Source: an uncultured Gemmatimonadales bacterium (GTDB lineage Bacteria; Gemmatimonadota; Gemmatimonadetes; Longimicrobiales; Longimicrobiaceae). Taken from it: 64,000 nt of DNA. Numbering within the stretch: position 1 is the first letter of the stretch; the number at the start of each line of letters is the position of its first letter. This document shows, in pieces, positions 18,958-29,210 of the stretch. The position numbers were made by a program, and so were the translations under genes. The notes under the pieces were generated by a model, which had not been told where the DNA came from, did no database searches, and saw only the letters and a list, made by a program, of their open reading frames with translations. Location: assembly GCA_963716255.1 (NCBI GenBank), contig OY970303.1, forward strand, positions 2,560,001 through 2,624,000, read 5' to 3'.

Positions 18958-20133
18958 GTGCACGGCTTGCGCATCCTCTACGTCTCGCACTCCTTTCCCC
19001 TCCCCGGCGACCCGCTCTCCAACGTGGGCGGGATGCAGCGCGTCGCCACCGGGCTTCACGACGCTCTCGCCGCCCACCCGGAGGTGGAGCTGCGCCGGCT
19101 GGTGCTGGAGACCGCCTGGGAGGACACCGGCCGGCGGATGCCCCCGTTCATGGCCGGGCTGCTGCGGGGGATCCCGCGCGCGGTGGAGCGGGAGCGCGTG
19201 GACGTGGTGCTCTTCTCCTCCATGGTCACCGCGACGCTCGCCCTCCCCCTGCGCCGCCGGGTCGCCGCGGCCGGGGCGCGGCTCGCCGCAATCCCGGTGG
19301 GACGCGACGTGACGCTGCCGGTGCGGCCGTACCAGTGGCTGGTCCCGCGGGTCATGCGCGCGCTGGACCTGGTGTTCCCCATCAGCCGCGCCACCGCCCG
19401 CGAGTGCCTGGCCCGCGGCGCCGCCCCGGAGCGCACCCACGTGGTCCCCTGCGGCGTGGACACCGCCGCCTTCGCGCCCCCGCCCGACCGCGCCGCCGCG
19501 CGCGCCGCGCTCCTCCGCGCCGTGGGCGCGGAGGACGTACCCGCCGGCGCGCTCCTCCTGGCCAGCGTGGGGCGCCACCAGGAGCGCAAGGGCTTCCAGT
19601 GGTTCGTGGCCGAGGTCGTGCCGCGCCTGCCGGACGACGTGGTGTACCTGCTGGCCGGCGAGGGTCCCATGACCCCCGCCATCCGCGCCGAGGTGGAGGC
19701 GCGCGGCCTGGCCGGGCGGGTGCGGCTGGTGGGCCAGGTATCCGAGGAGGTCCTGGGCGCGCTGTACCGCGGCGCCGACCTGTTCGTGATGCCCAACGTC
19801 CCCGTCCCCGGCGACATCGAGGGCTTCGGCGTGGTGATGCTGGAGGCCGGGCTGTGCGGCCTCCCCGTGCTCGCCGCCGACCTGGAGGGGATCCGCGACG
19901 TGGTGCGCGAGGGCGCGAGCGGCCACCTGCTCCCCGCCCGCGACGCCGCCGCCTTCGCGGACGCCGTGCTGCGCTACCACGCCGACCGCCCCACCCTGGC
20001 CCGCGTCTCCGCGGCCGCCGCCCGCCACGTGGCCGGCACCTTCTCCTGGGCCTCCGTGGCCGACGAGTACCTGCGGATCCTGCGCTCCGGCACGCGCGAT
20101 GCTCCCATCCGGCACGGGGCCCGCGTTCCCTGA
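18958..20133 (+). CDS. Glycosyltransferase family 4
   Basis: GGMQR, VGR...RKG and EGFGVVMLEA motifs. Confidence 0.9.
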   Translation: MHGLRILYVSHSFPLPGDPLSNVGGMQRVATGLHDALAAHPEVELRRLVLETAWEDTGRRMPPFMAGLLRGIPRAVERERVDVVLFSSMVTATLALPLRRRVAAAGARLAAIPVGRDVTLPVRPYQWLVPRVMRALDLVFPISRATARECLARGAAPERTHVVPCGVDTAAFAPPPDRAAARAALLRAVGAEDVPAGALLLASVGRHQERKGFQWFVAEVVPRLPDDVVYLLAGEGPMTPAIRAEVEARGLAGRVRLVGQVSEEVLGALYRGADLFVMPNVPVPGDIEGFGVVMLEAGLCGLPVLAADLEGIRDVVREGASGHLLPARDAAAFADAVLRYHADRPTLARVSAAAARHVAGTFSWASVADEYLRILRSGTRDAPIRHGARVP

Positions 20134-20172
20134 CGGCCCGCCCCGAAGCCACCTTCCACCCGCGGTGCGCCC

Positions 20173-20448
20173 ATGGACGAAGCAGTCGTCGCGGTATTCA
20201 TGATCGGCCTGATCGTGTTCGTCCCCGTGGCCGGCATCACCGCCCGGTTCGCGTTGAAGCCGCTGATCGACTCCATTGGCCGCATCGCCGAGATGCGCCG
20301 CCCCTCCGACGAGGTGCGCGCCCTGGAGCGCCGCGTCGCCGCGCTGGAAAAGGAGCTGAGCGCAGCGCGGCACGGGACGCAGCTCCCCGGCGGCCCGGTG
20401 GAAACTCACCCCGTGCTTCCGCGGTCCCAGCAGACCGAGCCGGCATGA
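20173..20448 (+). CDS. Small membrane protein with coiled coil
   Basis: One hydrophobic segment followed by LERRVAALEKEL. Confidence 0.7.
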   Translation: MDEAVVAVFMIGLIVFVPVAGITARFALKPLIDSIGRIAEMRRPSDEVRALERRVAALEKELSAARHGTQLPGGPVETHPVLPRSQQTEPA

Positions 20449-20474
20449 GCGGTCTTCGGAGGGTGTGACGCGGG

Positions 20475-20666
20475 CCGCTACGGAGCCGGGCCAAACCGCG
20501 GCCCGTCTCCTCCGCGGGCTCCGGGAGCCCCGGAAACAGCCCCGGGTCTCCCCTCGCCGGAGGGAGCCTCGCCAAACAGCCGGCGAGTCTCCCTCCGAAC
20601 AGATTCATGTGGGTACAGCGGAAAAACCAACGGCGCCCCCACCGCAAACTCCGGTGGGGGCGCCTT
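20475..20666 (+). repeat. Structured repeat family B, copy 1
   Basis: Three GAG-C-stem-loop-stem-T-CTC modules, TGGGTAC, AACGGCG and a terminal hairpin; homologs at 28969-29183 and 34467-34661. Confidence 0.88.
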
Positions 20667-20785
20667 CACGTACCGTACTTCGTAGTCCGTACCGCCGTCC
20701 TGCTCCCGCACTTCCACGGAATCCGTGCAGACCAGGCTCCCAGGGGCATCAGCAAGGCGCCGAATGCAGGGATGCCGTGCGGTCC

Positions 20786-20834
20786 TCCCCCTTTCCCCCG
20801 CTTGCGGGGGAGAGGGGGCCGGGGGGTGAGGGGG
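20786..20834. repeat. REP-like hairpin D; related copies near 14244, 34409, 41820, 48755, 50627 and 50709
   Basis: C-rich/G-rich imperfect palindrome (CCCCT(C/T)TCCC...GGGAGAGGG...GGGTGAGGG type) found next to the 3' end of most A copies. Confidence 0.75.
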
Positions 20835-20864
20835 CCCACCTTCGCGGACGCCAGCGCCAGCCCC

Positions 20865-20997
20865 GCGTGAGGGATTTCGGCCCGAAGGGGCGAGACCCGG
20901 CGGGGCTGTTTCCGCCGGGTCTCGACTCCGTTACGCACGGTTGTTTCGTGCGTTACGGAGCCGAAGCCCGACCCCGGCGCCAGCCGGGGACACGCCC
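20865..20997 (-). repeat. Structured repeat family A, copy 3
   Basis: Reverse complement of the family A consensus. Confidence 0.95.
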
Positions 20998-21035
20998 AAA
21001 CCCGCAGTAAAAATCCGACACGACCGGATCCGGCA

Positions 21036-21812
21036 TCAGCGCCTAGGCACCCGCACCGTACCCCCCACCCGCCCCACCTGCACCCCGCCGCTGCCGTCGT
21101 CGCGCACGGTCAGGTCCCCGCCCACCCGGTCCACCCGGATGCCGCCCGAGCCGTCCTCGCGCACCAGCACGTTGCCCCCCACCCCGACGACGGCGATCCC
21201 GCCGGAGCTGTCCTCGTCCACCACGACGTCGCGGCGCACGTCGCGGATGCTCAGCTCGCCCGAGCTGTCGCTCACCCGCACGCCGCCGGCGACCTGCGCG
21301 ATGGTGATGCCGCCGGAGCTGTCGGTCACGTCCAGGTCGCCGCGCACGTCCTCGATGGTCAGCTCCCCCGAGCTGTCCTTGAGCCGGAGGGCGCCCACCC
21401 GGCGGACCACCGTCTCGCCGCCGGTGTCCTCCACGTCCATCGCCATCCCCTCCGGCACCTCGATCACCAGGTCCAGCACCCGCTGCACCCGCCCGAAGAA
21501 CGCCCGCACCTCCGGGATCTCCACCGCCACCCGCACCTCGCCTCCGCTGCGATCGGCCGTCAGGCGCATGGCGTCCAGGTACTTGCGGTCGCTGGCGCGG
21601 GCCACCCCGCGGATGCGCACCTCGCGCAGCCCCGGGCGCCCCTCGATGCGCAGCGAGCCCGCGAGGGCGTCCACCCGCACCCGGGTGGCGCCGCGCGCGT
21701 CCACCACCGCGTCGCGGGGGGAGGTGTGCTCCTGCGCGCCGAGGCGGGCCGGGAGGGCGGCGGCGCCGAGGGCGAGCGCCAGGGAAGCGGCGGCGAGGGT
21801 GGGTGCGTTCAT
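21036..21812 (-). CDS. Secreted DUF4097-type beta-strand repeat protein
   Basis: Signal peptide; repeated DSSG/DGSG..I..V.G units. Confidence 0.82.
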   Translation of the reverse strand: MNAPTLAAASLALALGAAALPARLGAQEHTSPRDAVVDARGATRVRVDALAGSLRIEGRPGLREVRIRGVARASDRKYLDAMRLTADRSGGEVRVAVEIPEVRAFFGRVQRVLDLVIEVPEGMAMDVEDTGGETVVRRVGALRLKDSSGELTIEDVRGDLDVTDSSGGITIAQVAGGVRVSDSSGELSIRDVRRDVVVDEDSSGGIAVVGVGGNVLVREDGSGGIRVDRVGGDLTVRDDGSGGVQVGRVGGTVRVPRR

Positions 21813-21885
21813 GGGAGCAGCCGGGGCGGTGAGGGATGGCGGGACCAGCGCTGACGCTCCGTACGGCACGCGCGCCCCCCCGGTT

Positions 21886-22800
21886 TCACTCCGGCGGGGC
21901 CCACAGCCAGCGTCCTCCGTCGATCACCACCCGGACGGCTCCCTTCCGCTCCATGGCCGCGAGAAAGCCCAGCAGCGTCGTGCGGTTGAGGACGTACGCC
22001 GTGGGGTCGGCCAACCGCATCCCCATGGCGCCCGCGAACTCCACCAGCAGCTCCTCCGTCCCGGCGGGGACCGCCCGCAGCCGCTCCCCCAGCCATTCGA
22101 AGGCAAGGTCCAGCACCGCGATGTTGGCGGAGAACGTCGCGTCCCGGACGTCGCCCACCGGCTCGCCGTGGCCGGGGACGTACCACGCCGGGCAGTAGTC
22201 GCCGAGGCGGCGAAGGCTGGCCCGCATCCGCTCCGCGTCGACCAGGAACGGGACCCCGTGCCTGGCGAGCGCGTCCGTCCCGAAGAACGAGTCCGCGGCG
22301 AACAGCACGCCGCTTTCCGGCCCGCCCTCCGCCAGCACGCCCACCTGCGCCAGGCTGTGTCCGCCCAGGTCCACGATCTCCAGCGTGCGCCCGTCGATGG
22401 TCACCGGCCCGCCGGGGCGCACCACGTGGTCCACCGGCGAGGGCTCCGCCTGGAGGAACCTGTTGACGAGCGCCCCCACCGGCTCCGCTCCCCCGAACAG
22501 GTACACGGGCTCGTAGCGCGGCTCGCGGATCACCGCCTCCTCCACGGCCGGGGCGTACACGGGGATCCCCAGCCGGCGGACCAGCTGTGCGTTGCCGCCG
22601 TGGTGGTCGGCGTGGGCGTGCGTGTTGAGGATGGCCACCAGCGGCCGGCCCAGCGCCTCCGCGGCGCGCACGATCCGGTTGGCGGCGCCCCGGTCCAGCC
22701 CCGTGTCCACCGCCAGGAGCCCGGAATCGGTCTCCACCAGCCCGCTGTTGACCGCGCCGGGGAGGTAGTGGACGCCCCCGGCGAGACGCACCGGCTCCAT
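21886..22800 (-). CDS. MBL-fold metallo-hydrolase
   Basis: VDTG, THAHADHHGG, GHS and PGHG motifs. Confidence 0.9.
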   Translation of the reverse strand: MEPVRLAGGVHYLPGAVNSGLVETDSGLLAVDTGLDRGAANRIVRAAEALGRPLVAILNTHAHADHHGGNAQLVRRLGIPVYAPAVEEAVIREPRYEPVYLFGGAEPVGALVNRFLQAEPSPVDHVVRPGGPVTIDGRTLEIVDLGGHSLAQVGVLAEGGPESGVLFAADSFFGTDALARHGVPFLVDAERMRASLRRLGDYCPAWYVPGHGEPVGDVRDATFSANIAVLDLAFEWLGERLRAVPAGTEELLVEFAGAMGMRLADPTAYVLNRTTLLGFLAAMERKGAVRVVIDGGRWLWAPPE

Positions 22801-22804
22801 GGCG

Positions 22805-23476
22805 CTACTCCTCGCCGGGGGCCACGTCCGCCCCTTCCCACTCGCGGTGGAAGCGTTCGAGGAAATCCTCCATGAAGCGGTGGCGCGCCGCGGCGGCCCG
22901 GCGCGCCCCGGCGGTGTTCATGCGGTCGCGCAGCAGGAGCAGCTTCTCGTGGAAGTGGTTCACGGTGGGGCCGCCGCCGGCCTTGTACGCGGCGAAGGTG
23001 GCGTGCGCCTCCGGGACGGCGCCCGGGTCGTGGAGCGGCCGCCCGCGGCTTCCCCCGTAGGCGAAGGCGCGCGCCACCCCGATCGCGCCGATTGCGTCCA
23101 GCCGGTCGGCGTCCTGCACCACCGCGCCCTCGGGTGTGCTCATGGGCGTCGGCACCCCCGCGCCCTTGAACGACAGCTCCGCGACGATCCGCGCCACGTG
23201 CTCGACGGTGTCCGCGTCCACGCCCAGCCCGGCGAGCCACTCCCGCGCGGCACGCGGCCCCACCGTCTCGTCGCCGCCGTGGAACTTGTGGTCCGCCACG
23301 TCGTGGAGCAGCGCCGCCAGCTCGGTGACGAAGGGATCGGCTCCCTCCCCGGCGGCCAGGCGGAGCGCCGCGGCGCGCACCCGGTGCACGTGCCACCAGT
23401 CGTGGCCCGTCCCCTCCCCCTGCATCCGCTCCCGCACGAACGCCTCCGTGCGCTCCAGGACCGCTGCGTTCTCCAT
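22805..23476 (-). CDS. HD-domain phosphohydrolase
   Basis: GHDWWH..RV, LLHDVAD, VQDADRLDAIGAIG and HFHEKLL motifs. Confidence 0.92.
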   Translation of the reverse strand: MENAAVLERTEAFVRERMQGEGTGHDWWHVHRVRAAALRLAAGEGADPFVTELAALLHDVADHKFHGGDETVGPRAAREWLAGLGVDADTVEHVARIVAELSFKGAGVPTPMSTPEGAVVQDADRLDAIGAIGVARAFAYGGSRGRPLHDPGAVPEAHATFAAYKAGGGPTVNHFHEKLLLLRDRMNTAGARRAAAARHRFMEDFLERFHREWEGADVAPGEE

Positions 23477-23615
23477 GGTCGTCCCCGCTCCCGTAGATTT
23501 CCCGTCCCGGCCCGTCGCCCCGCCCCACCCAGCCGGAAATCTGCACCCGCGCCGCCAGGCGCGAAAGCGACCGGCCGCCCCGGGACCCCACCGCGCCCCC
23601 GCGGGCGCACGCACG

Positions 23616-23646
23616 ACAGGCCCGGACCTTGGCGGTCCGGGCCTGT
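23616..23646. terminator. Hairpin, probable terminator
   Basis: ACAGGCCCGGACC-TTGGC-GGTCCGGGCCTGT downstream of 23681-24085(-). Confidence 0.55.
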
Positions 23647-23680
23647 TTCGTGGCCGGGCGTGTCGTCCGGCCCCGGAGGG

Positions 23681-24085
23681 TCAGACCGCGGCGGCCCTTC
23701 CCCCTTCGATCATCCGCGCGAACCCGCGCAGCCCCTCGATCAATTCCTCCGCCGAGGTGGCGATGTCGCCCACGTGAAGGGTGGTGTCGCGCGGTACCGC
23801 GAGCTCCAGGATCTCCACGGCCCGGTGGACCGCGTCCGCCCGGGCGCTCCGCGGATCGGACTCCGCGCCGTGGGGGCGCGCCCGCCGCCGCCGCCGCACG
23901 TGGGACTGGAAGTGGTCCCGCCCCTCGTCCGTCACCAGGACCACCCCGTCGCGGCGCTCCACGAAGTTGCGCGACTCCAGCGCCCGCACCACCCGCCCGT
24001 CCAGCCCGTCCTCCGGCGCAGGGCTCGTCCGCCGCGAAAGCTCGCGAAGGAGGTCCGACTGCTTCTCGCTCAAAGCTGTGCTCAT
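23681..24085 (-). CDS. Hypothetical protein with winged-helix-like N-terminus
   Basis: LSEKQ..LLREL...RVVRALESRNFVE...VTDEGR. Confidence 0.65.
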   Translation of the reverse strand: MSTALSEKQSDLLRELSRRTSPAPEDGLDGRVVRALESRNFVERRDGVVLVTDEGRDHFQSHVRRRRRARPHGAESDPRSARADAVHRAVEILELAVPRDTTLHVGDIATSAEELIEGLRGFARMIEGGRAAAV

Positions 24086-24595
24086 GGCCTTCGATCTATC
24101 TTGACGTTCCACAGCGGAAACGAGGCTGCGGCCATCCGGTCCGCGGCCGGGCCGGCCGTGCGGCCCCGGTCTGGGAAACGTTCCGGATCTGGGTTTGTTC
24201 CCAACACGCTACAGCGGAATGCGCGCGAGGGCAAGTCCAGCCTTCCGGCGGGGCCCCCCGCGGACCCCGACGCGCGGCGGAGCTCCCCGGCGGGACTCCG
24301 TCAAGGCGTTGCTCCGCACGGGCTTCGGTCCCGGCCGCGCGGCTCCGGTCCACACGCGGCCGTGCCATCCGGAGACATTGCCCACACGGCCGGTAAAAAC
24401 CATTTCGCATGCAAGGCACCTTGCATTTGCAGGCGCAAACGGTGCGCAAAGCGGGTCATGTGCGACAAGGGGCCGGAGAGCGAAGGCCAGCACCGGAAGA
24501 TTCCCGGCGGCTCCCCCGGCCGCTTTCCCGACGCACGTCCTCCCGTCCCGGCGGCCCTCCCGGTCGCTCCGCGGCCCGGCCCCCCGTGCCCGATC

Positions 24596-25387
24596 TCACC
24601 CAACCAGCTCGCCCCGCATCACCGTCACCGCCTGCCCGCCCAGGTGCACCCGGTCGCCGTCGGCGCGAACGCGAACGGTGCCACCGCGCGCCGAGGCCTG
24701 GAAGCCCACCAGCTCCGCGCGCCCCAGCCGCCTCGCCCAGTACGGGGCGAGGCAGCAGTGGGCGGAGCCGGTGACCGGGTCCTCGTCCACGCCCACGCGC
24801 GGCGCGAAGAAGCGCGACACGAAGTCCACCCCCGGGGTTTCCGAGCGGCTGGTGACGATGATGCCGCGCGCCGCCACGGCGCGCAGCAGCCCGAAGTCCG
24901 GGCGCATGCTGCGCACCTCCGCCTCCGACTCCACCTCCACCAGGCAGTCGAAGTGGCTCCGCCCCACGTACAGCGGGGCCGCGCCCAGGGCGCGCGCCAG
25001 CTCGGGCGAGGCCGCCGTCTCCTCCTCCGGCTTGGCCGGGAAGTTCATGGTGATCCAGGCCCCGTCGCGGCGCGCCGTGAGCAGGCCGCTGCGCGTGTGG
25101 AAGCGCGCTTCCGCGTCCGGGTCCAGGCGTCCGTCCTCCCACAGCAGGTGCGCGCCGGCCAGCGTGGCGTGCCCGCAAAGGTCCACCTCGCAGGCGGGGG
25201 TGAACCAGCGCAGGTCCCAGTCCCCGCCCCGCGCGTGAAGGAAGGCCGTCTCGGAAAGGTTCATCTCGCGGGCGACGTCCTGCATCCATCCCTCGTCGCG
25301 CGCGGCGGGGAGGATGCACACCGCGGCCGGGTTGCCGGCGAAGGGGCGGTCGGTGAAGGCGTCCACCTGGACGATGGGCTGTCCCAT
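24596..25387 (-). CDS. PhzF family epimerase/isomerase
   Basis: VDAFT..PFAGNPAAV, NLSETAF, EVDLCGHATLA and EDPVTGSAH motifs. Confidence 0.93.
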   Translation of the reverse strand: MGQPIVQVDAFTDRPFAGNPAAVCILPAARDEGWMQDVAREMNLSETAFLHARGGDWDLRWFTPACEVDLCGHATLAGAHLLWEDGRLDPDAEARFHTRSGLLTARRDGAWITMNFPAKPEEETAASPELARALGAAPLYVGRSHFDCLVEVESEAEVRSMRPDFGLLRAVAARGIIVTSRSETPGVDFVSRFFAPRVGVDEDPVTGSAHCCLAPYWARRLGRAELVGFQASARGGTVRVRADGDRVHLGGQAVTVMRGELVG

Positions 25388-25665
25388 GGGTCTGTGCGCG
25401 GGTTCGGGTGCACCGGACCGGGAGGGGCCGGCGCGGACGCGGCAAGTTAGGCACTCCGCGGGCCGGTCCGCAACGCGCGCATTCGGCCGGCTCCGGAGCG
25501 GCCCCAACGCAACTCCTTGCCCCACAATCGAAACGATTCCCGCCCGAACCCCGTACTCCACCTCCGCGGGACGGGAGCACCGTTGCGAACCCCCTCCCGC
25601 CGCATTTAGTTAGGAGTGCCGCGCGAGACCCCGCGCCGAACACGACCTCGAAAAGGAGCACCCCC

Positions 25666-26772
25666 GTGGGAATCTTCGACTTCGTCAAGCGGGAGCTGAT
25701 CGACATCATCGAGTGGCTCGACCCTTCGAGCGACACGATGGTCCACCGCTTCGAGCGGTACAACAACGAGATCAAGAGCGGCGCCCAGCTCATCGTCCGC
25801 CCCGGCCAGGCCGCCGTGTTCGTGGACGAGGGGCGCGTGGCGGACGTGTTCGCCCCGGGCACCTACACGCTGACCACGGAGAACATCCCCATCCTTTCCA
25901 CGCTGAAGGGGTGGAAGTACGGCTTCGAGAGCCCGTTCAAGGCCGAGGTGTACTTCGTGGCCACGCGCCAGTTCACGGACCGGAAGTGGGGCACCAAGAA
26001 CCCCATCATGCTCCGCGACCCGGAGTTCGGCCCGGTGCGCCTGCGCGCCTTCGGCAGCTTCGCGGTGCGCGTCTCGGAGCCGGCCAAGTTCGTCGCGGAG
26101 ATCGTGGGCACCAACGGCCACTTCCAGACGGACGACATCGAGGGGCAGCTCCGCAACCTGATCACCTCGCGCTTCGCCGACGTGCTGGGCGAGAGCAAGA
26201 TCCCGGTGCTGGACCTGGCCGGGAACCAGGACGAGCTGGGCGGCTTCATCGCCGACCGCATCCGCCCGGAGTTCCTGGACTACGGGATCGAGATCACCAA
26301 GGTGCTGGTGGAGAACATCTCGCTCCCGGAGGAGGTGGAGAAGGCGCTGGACAAGCGCACCAGCATGGGGGTGATCGGCGACCTGAGCGCGTACACGCGC
26401 TTCCAGACGGCGGAGGCCATCGGCAACGCGGCCAAGACTCCGGGGGGCGCGGCGGGCGAGGGGATGGGGCTGGGGATGGGCTTCGCCATGGCGCAGCAGA
26501 TGGCGCAGAGCATGGGCGGCGCGCACGCGGCCTCGGGCTCGCCCTCCGGCCCGCCGCCGCTCCCGGGCGGGGCGCAGTTCTTCATCGCGCTGGACGGCGC
26601 GCAGAGCGGGCCGCACCCGCTGGACGCGCTCCGCGGCCGCGTCGCGGACGGCACGCTGACGCGCGAGACGCTGGCCTGGAAGCAGGGGATGGCGGCGTGG
26701 ACGCCGGCCGGCGAGGTGCCGGAGCTGGCCGCGATCCTCGACGCCGCGCCGCCCCCGCTCCCGCCGCGGTGA
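25666..26772 (+). CDS. SPFH/band-7 family protein with C-terminal GYF_2-like domain
   Basis: AAAGGAG RBS with GTG start; GAQLIVR..QAAVF, SPFKAEVYF, KWGT; C-terminal GP...L.WKQGM..W....VPEL. Confidence 0.88.
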   Translation: MGIFDFVKRELIDIIEWLDPSSDTMVHRFERYNNEIKSGAQLIVRPGQAAVFVDEGRVADVFAPGTYTLTTENIPILSTLKGWKYGFESPFKAEVYFVATRQFTDRKWGTKNPIMLRDPEFGPVRLRAFGSFAVRVSEPAKFVAEIVGTNGHFQTDDIEGQLRNLITSRFADVLGESKIPVLDLAGNQDELGGFIADRIRPEFLDYGIEITKVLVENISLPEEVEKALDKRTSMGVIGDLSAYTRFQTAEAIGNAAKTPGGAAGEGMGLGMGFAMAQQMAQSMGGAHAASGSPSGPPPLPGGAQFFIALDGAQSGPHPLDALRGRVADGTLTRETLAWKQGMAAWTPAGEVPELAAILDAAPPPLPPR

Positions 26773-27923
26773 GCACTCCCTCCACGGAGCAGGCGGGCCG
26801 GCGGCTCGCCTGCTCCGGGTGCGGCGCCGGGCTGCGCTTCGAGCCCGGCACCGACTCCCTTACCTGCCCCTACTGCGGCGCCTCCACCCCGGTGCCGAGC
26901 CTGGCCGGCGGCACGGAGGAGCTGGACTTCGGCGCCTGGCTGGGCCGGCTCGCCGCCGGCGCGGACAGCTACGAGGTCCTGGACGCGCACTGCACCTCGT
27001 GCGGCGCGGCAACCACGCTGGACCCCAACGTGGTCTCGGACGAGTGTCCCTTCTGCCGGGGGGCGCTGATCCCGGCCGGCACTTCGAAGCGCCTCGTCCG
27101 CCCCACCGCGCTCCTCCCCTTCCACGTCACCCGCGAGCAGGCCGAATCCGCGCTGGAGCGCTGGATGCGCGGGATCTGGCTGGCGCCCAACGACTTCAAG
27201 CGGAACGCCACCCGGCAGGGGAAGCTGGTGGGCGTGTACGTGCCGTGCTGGACCTTCGACTGCGAGGCGACCACGCGCTACACGGGGGCGCGCGGGGAGT
27301 GGTACTGGGAAACGGAAACGTACACCACCACCGAGAACGGCAGGCCGGTGACGCGCACCCGGCAGGTGAGGAAGACCCGCTGGCACCGGGCTTCCGGCAC
27401 GGTGCACGACACCTTCGACGACGTGCTGGTGCTGGCCAGCGACAGCCTCCCCCGCAAGCAGGCGGACGCGCTCCAGCCCTGGGACCTCCCGGCGCTGGTG
27501 GCCTTCTCGGACGCGTACCTGGCCGGCTTCCGCACCGAAAGCTACCGGGTGCCGCTGGACCAGGGCTTCGAGCTGGCGAAGCCGGTGATGGACGAGGCCA
27601 TCCACGATACCATCCGCAGCGACATCGGCGGCGACGAGCAGCAGGTGCACGACGCCGACACGCGCTGGGACGACGTCACCTTCAAGCACGTGCTGCTCCC
27701 CGTGTGGATCAGCGCCTACCGCTACCGCGACCGCGTCTACCGGCGCCTGGTGAACGCCCGGACCGGCGAGGTGCAGGGCGAGCGGCCGTGGAGCTGGATC
27801 AAGATCGCGCTGCTGGTGATCGTGCTGCTCGTGGCCGCCCTGGTCCTCGCGGCGGTGTTCGGCGCGGAGGGCTCGGGCTCCGTCTCGTACGGCGCGGGAA
27901 TGGCCGCCGGCCTCGCGGGCTAG
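26769..27923 (+). CDS. Zn-ribbon membrane protein associated with the SPFH gene
   Basis: Four CxxC pairs, YVPCWTFD, LLPVWISAY, VNARTGEV.G.RP and a C-terminal TM segment; GTGA-coupled to the SPFH gene. Confidence 0.82.
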   Translation: MSTPSTEQAGRRLACSGCGAGLRFEPGTDSLTCPYCGASTPVPSLAGGTEELDFGAWLGRLAAGADSYEVLDAHCTSCGAATTLDPNVVSDECPFCRGALIPAGTSKRLVRPTALLPFHVTREQAESALERWMRGIWLAPNDFKRNATRQGKLVGVYVPCWTFDCEATTRYTGARGEWYWETETYTTTENGRPVTRTRQVRKTRWHRASGTVHDTFDDVLVLASDSLPRKQADALQPWDLPALVAFSDAYLAGFRTESYRVPLDQGFELAKPVMDEAIHDTIRSDIGGDEQQVHDADTRWDDVTFKHVLLPVWISAYRYRDRVYRRLVNARTGEVQGERPWSWIKIALLVIVLLVAALVLAAVFGAEGSGSVSYGAGMAAGLAG

Positions 27924-28738
27924 CGGGCCGCGGGGAGGCCGCGGACCCGCTCGCGGAAGGCCTGGTACTCCGGGGTGTCGCGCACCAGGCGTCGCCCGTC
28001 CAGCGGCCCGAGCGTCCCGATCATGGCGCGCGCCTCCCGCACGCGCTCGGCGCTGGTGGGGTGCGAGGCGAACCACTGCTCCACCTGCCCGGGCTGGCGC
28101 TGCTGCTCCCGCAGCAGCTCCTCGAAGAAGGTGGCCACCCCCTGGGGATCGTACCCGGCGGCCACCACGGTCTCGATGGCCTCGGCGTCGGCTTCGCGCT
28201 CGGCGTCGCGCCCGTACTTGGCGAAGATGGCCGCGCCCCCGCCCTGGATGGCCACCTGCTCCAGCAGCCCCGGCTCCCGGCCCAGGAGCACGTACACCAG
28301 CGACACCAGCACCCCCGCGCCCTGGCGCTTCTCCATCTGCTCCAGCCCGTGCCTCTCGGTGACGTGGGCGATCTCGTGCCCCAGCACCCCCGCCAGCTCC
28401 GCCTGCTGGTCGGCCGCCTCCACCAGCCCGCGGTGGACGAACACGTGCCCGCCGGGGACTGCGAAGGCGTTCACCTCGGGCGAGTCCACCAGGTAGAAGG
28501 TGTAGCGCCGGCCGGTGGAGTCGGCCCGCTGCGCGAGCGCGCCGCCCAGCCGGTTCAGCGCTTCCACCGCCTCGGGATCCCGGATCAGCGGCGTCTGCGC
28601 GGCGATCTCGGCCGCGTACGAGTCGCCGATGCGCGCCTCCTCCTCCAGCCCGATGGACCCCGCGCAGGCGCCCAGCGCCGCCAGCGGGAGGATCCGCGCG
28701 AAGCGCAGCTTCCGGTTCCCCAACATGCTCTGCATCAT
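27920..28738 (-). CDS. M48 family metalloprotease, probable lipoprotein
   Basis: LGAC lipobox; NAFAVPGG, LGHEIAH, E.EAD and SHP motifs; start may be 28726. Confidence 0.9.
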   Translation of the reverse strand: MMQSMLGNRKLRFARILPLAALGACAGSIGLEEEARIGDSYAAEIAAQTPLIRDPEAVEALNRLGGALAQRADSTGRRYTFYLVDSPEVNAFAVPGGHVFVHRGLVEAADQQAELAGVLGHEIAHVTERHGLEQMEKRQGAGVLVSLVYVLLGREPGLLEQVAIQGGGAAIFAKYGRDAEREADAEAIETVVAAGYDPQGVATFFEELLREQQRQPGQVEQWFASHPTSAERVREARAMIGTLGPLDGRRLVRDTPEYQAFRERVRGLPAAR

Positions 28739-28776
28739 GCCGGATCTCGTCGTATCGAGGTGAAAAGCTCGGGTTC

Positions 28777-28908
28777 GGGCGTGCCCCCGGCTGCGCCGGG
28801 GTCGGGCTTCGGCTCCGTAAGCCCGCAAACAACGCGGGCCAACGGAGTCGAGCCCCGGCGGAAACAGCCCCGCCGGGTCTCGCCCCTTCGGGCCGAAATC
28901 CCTCACGC
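28777..28908 (+). repeat. Structured repeat family A, copy 4
   Basis: Family A consensus. Confidence 0.95.
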
Positions 28909-28968
28909 GGGGATCGCGCTGGCGTCCGCGAGGGTGCGCCCCCACACCCCCCGGCCTCGCTGAAAGAC

Positions 28969-29183
28969 GAAGGGCTCGCCGCCGGAAGCGGTGAGCCCTT
29001 CACGTTCCGCACCAGCGGCACGCCGTTCGCCGTTCGCAGTACCCACAAAATGATGTCACGGGTGGAGACTCGCCGGCTGTTTGGCGAGGCTCCACCCGGC
29101 GGAGGGAAACCCGCCGGCCGTTTGGCGGGGTTCCCGGAGTCCGCGCAGGAGACCGGCAGCCGTACCGCCGGGCTCCGGAGCGG
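28969..29183 (-). repeat. Structured repeat family B, copy 2
   Basis: Reverse complement aligns module by module with 20475-20666. Confidence 0.88.
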
Positions 29184-29210
29184 CCCCGCCACGACACGAA
29201 AAAACCCTCT

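Noticed and set aside
16582..20409. Very long Arg/Pro/Gly-rich antisense or off-frame ORFs (also 3620-6961, 42551-45412, 60230-63997)
   Set aside because: Shadow ORFs of well-supported genes in high-GC DNA with no recognisable motifs.
26769..27923. Helicase or primosomal protein call for the Zn-ribbon protein
   Set aside because: No Walker A/B or helicase motifs; only Zn ribbons and a TM tail.
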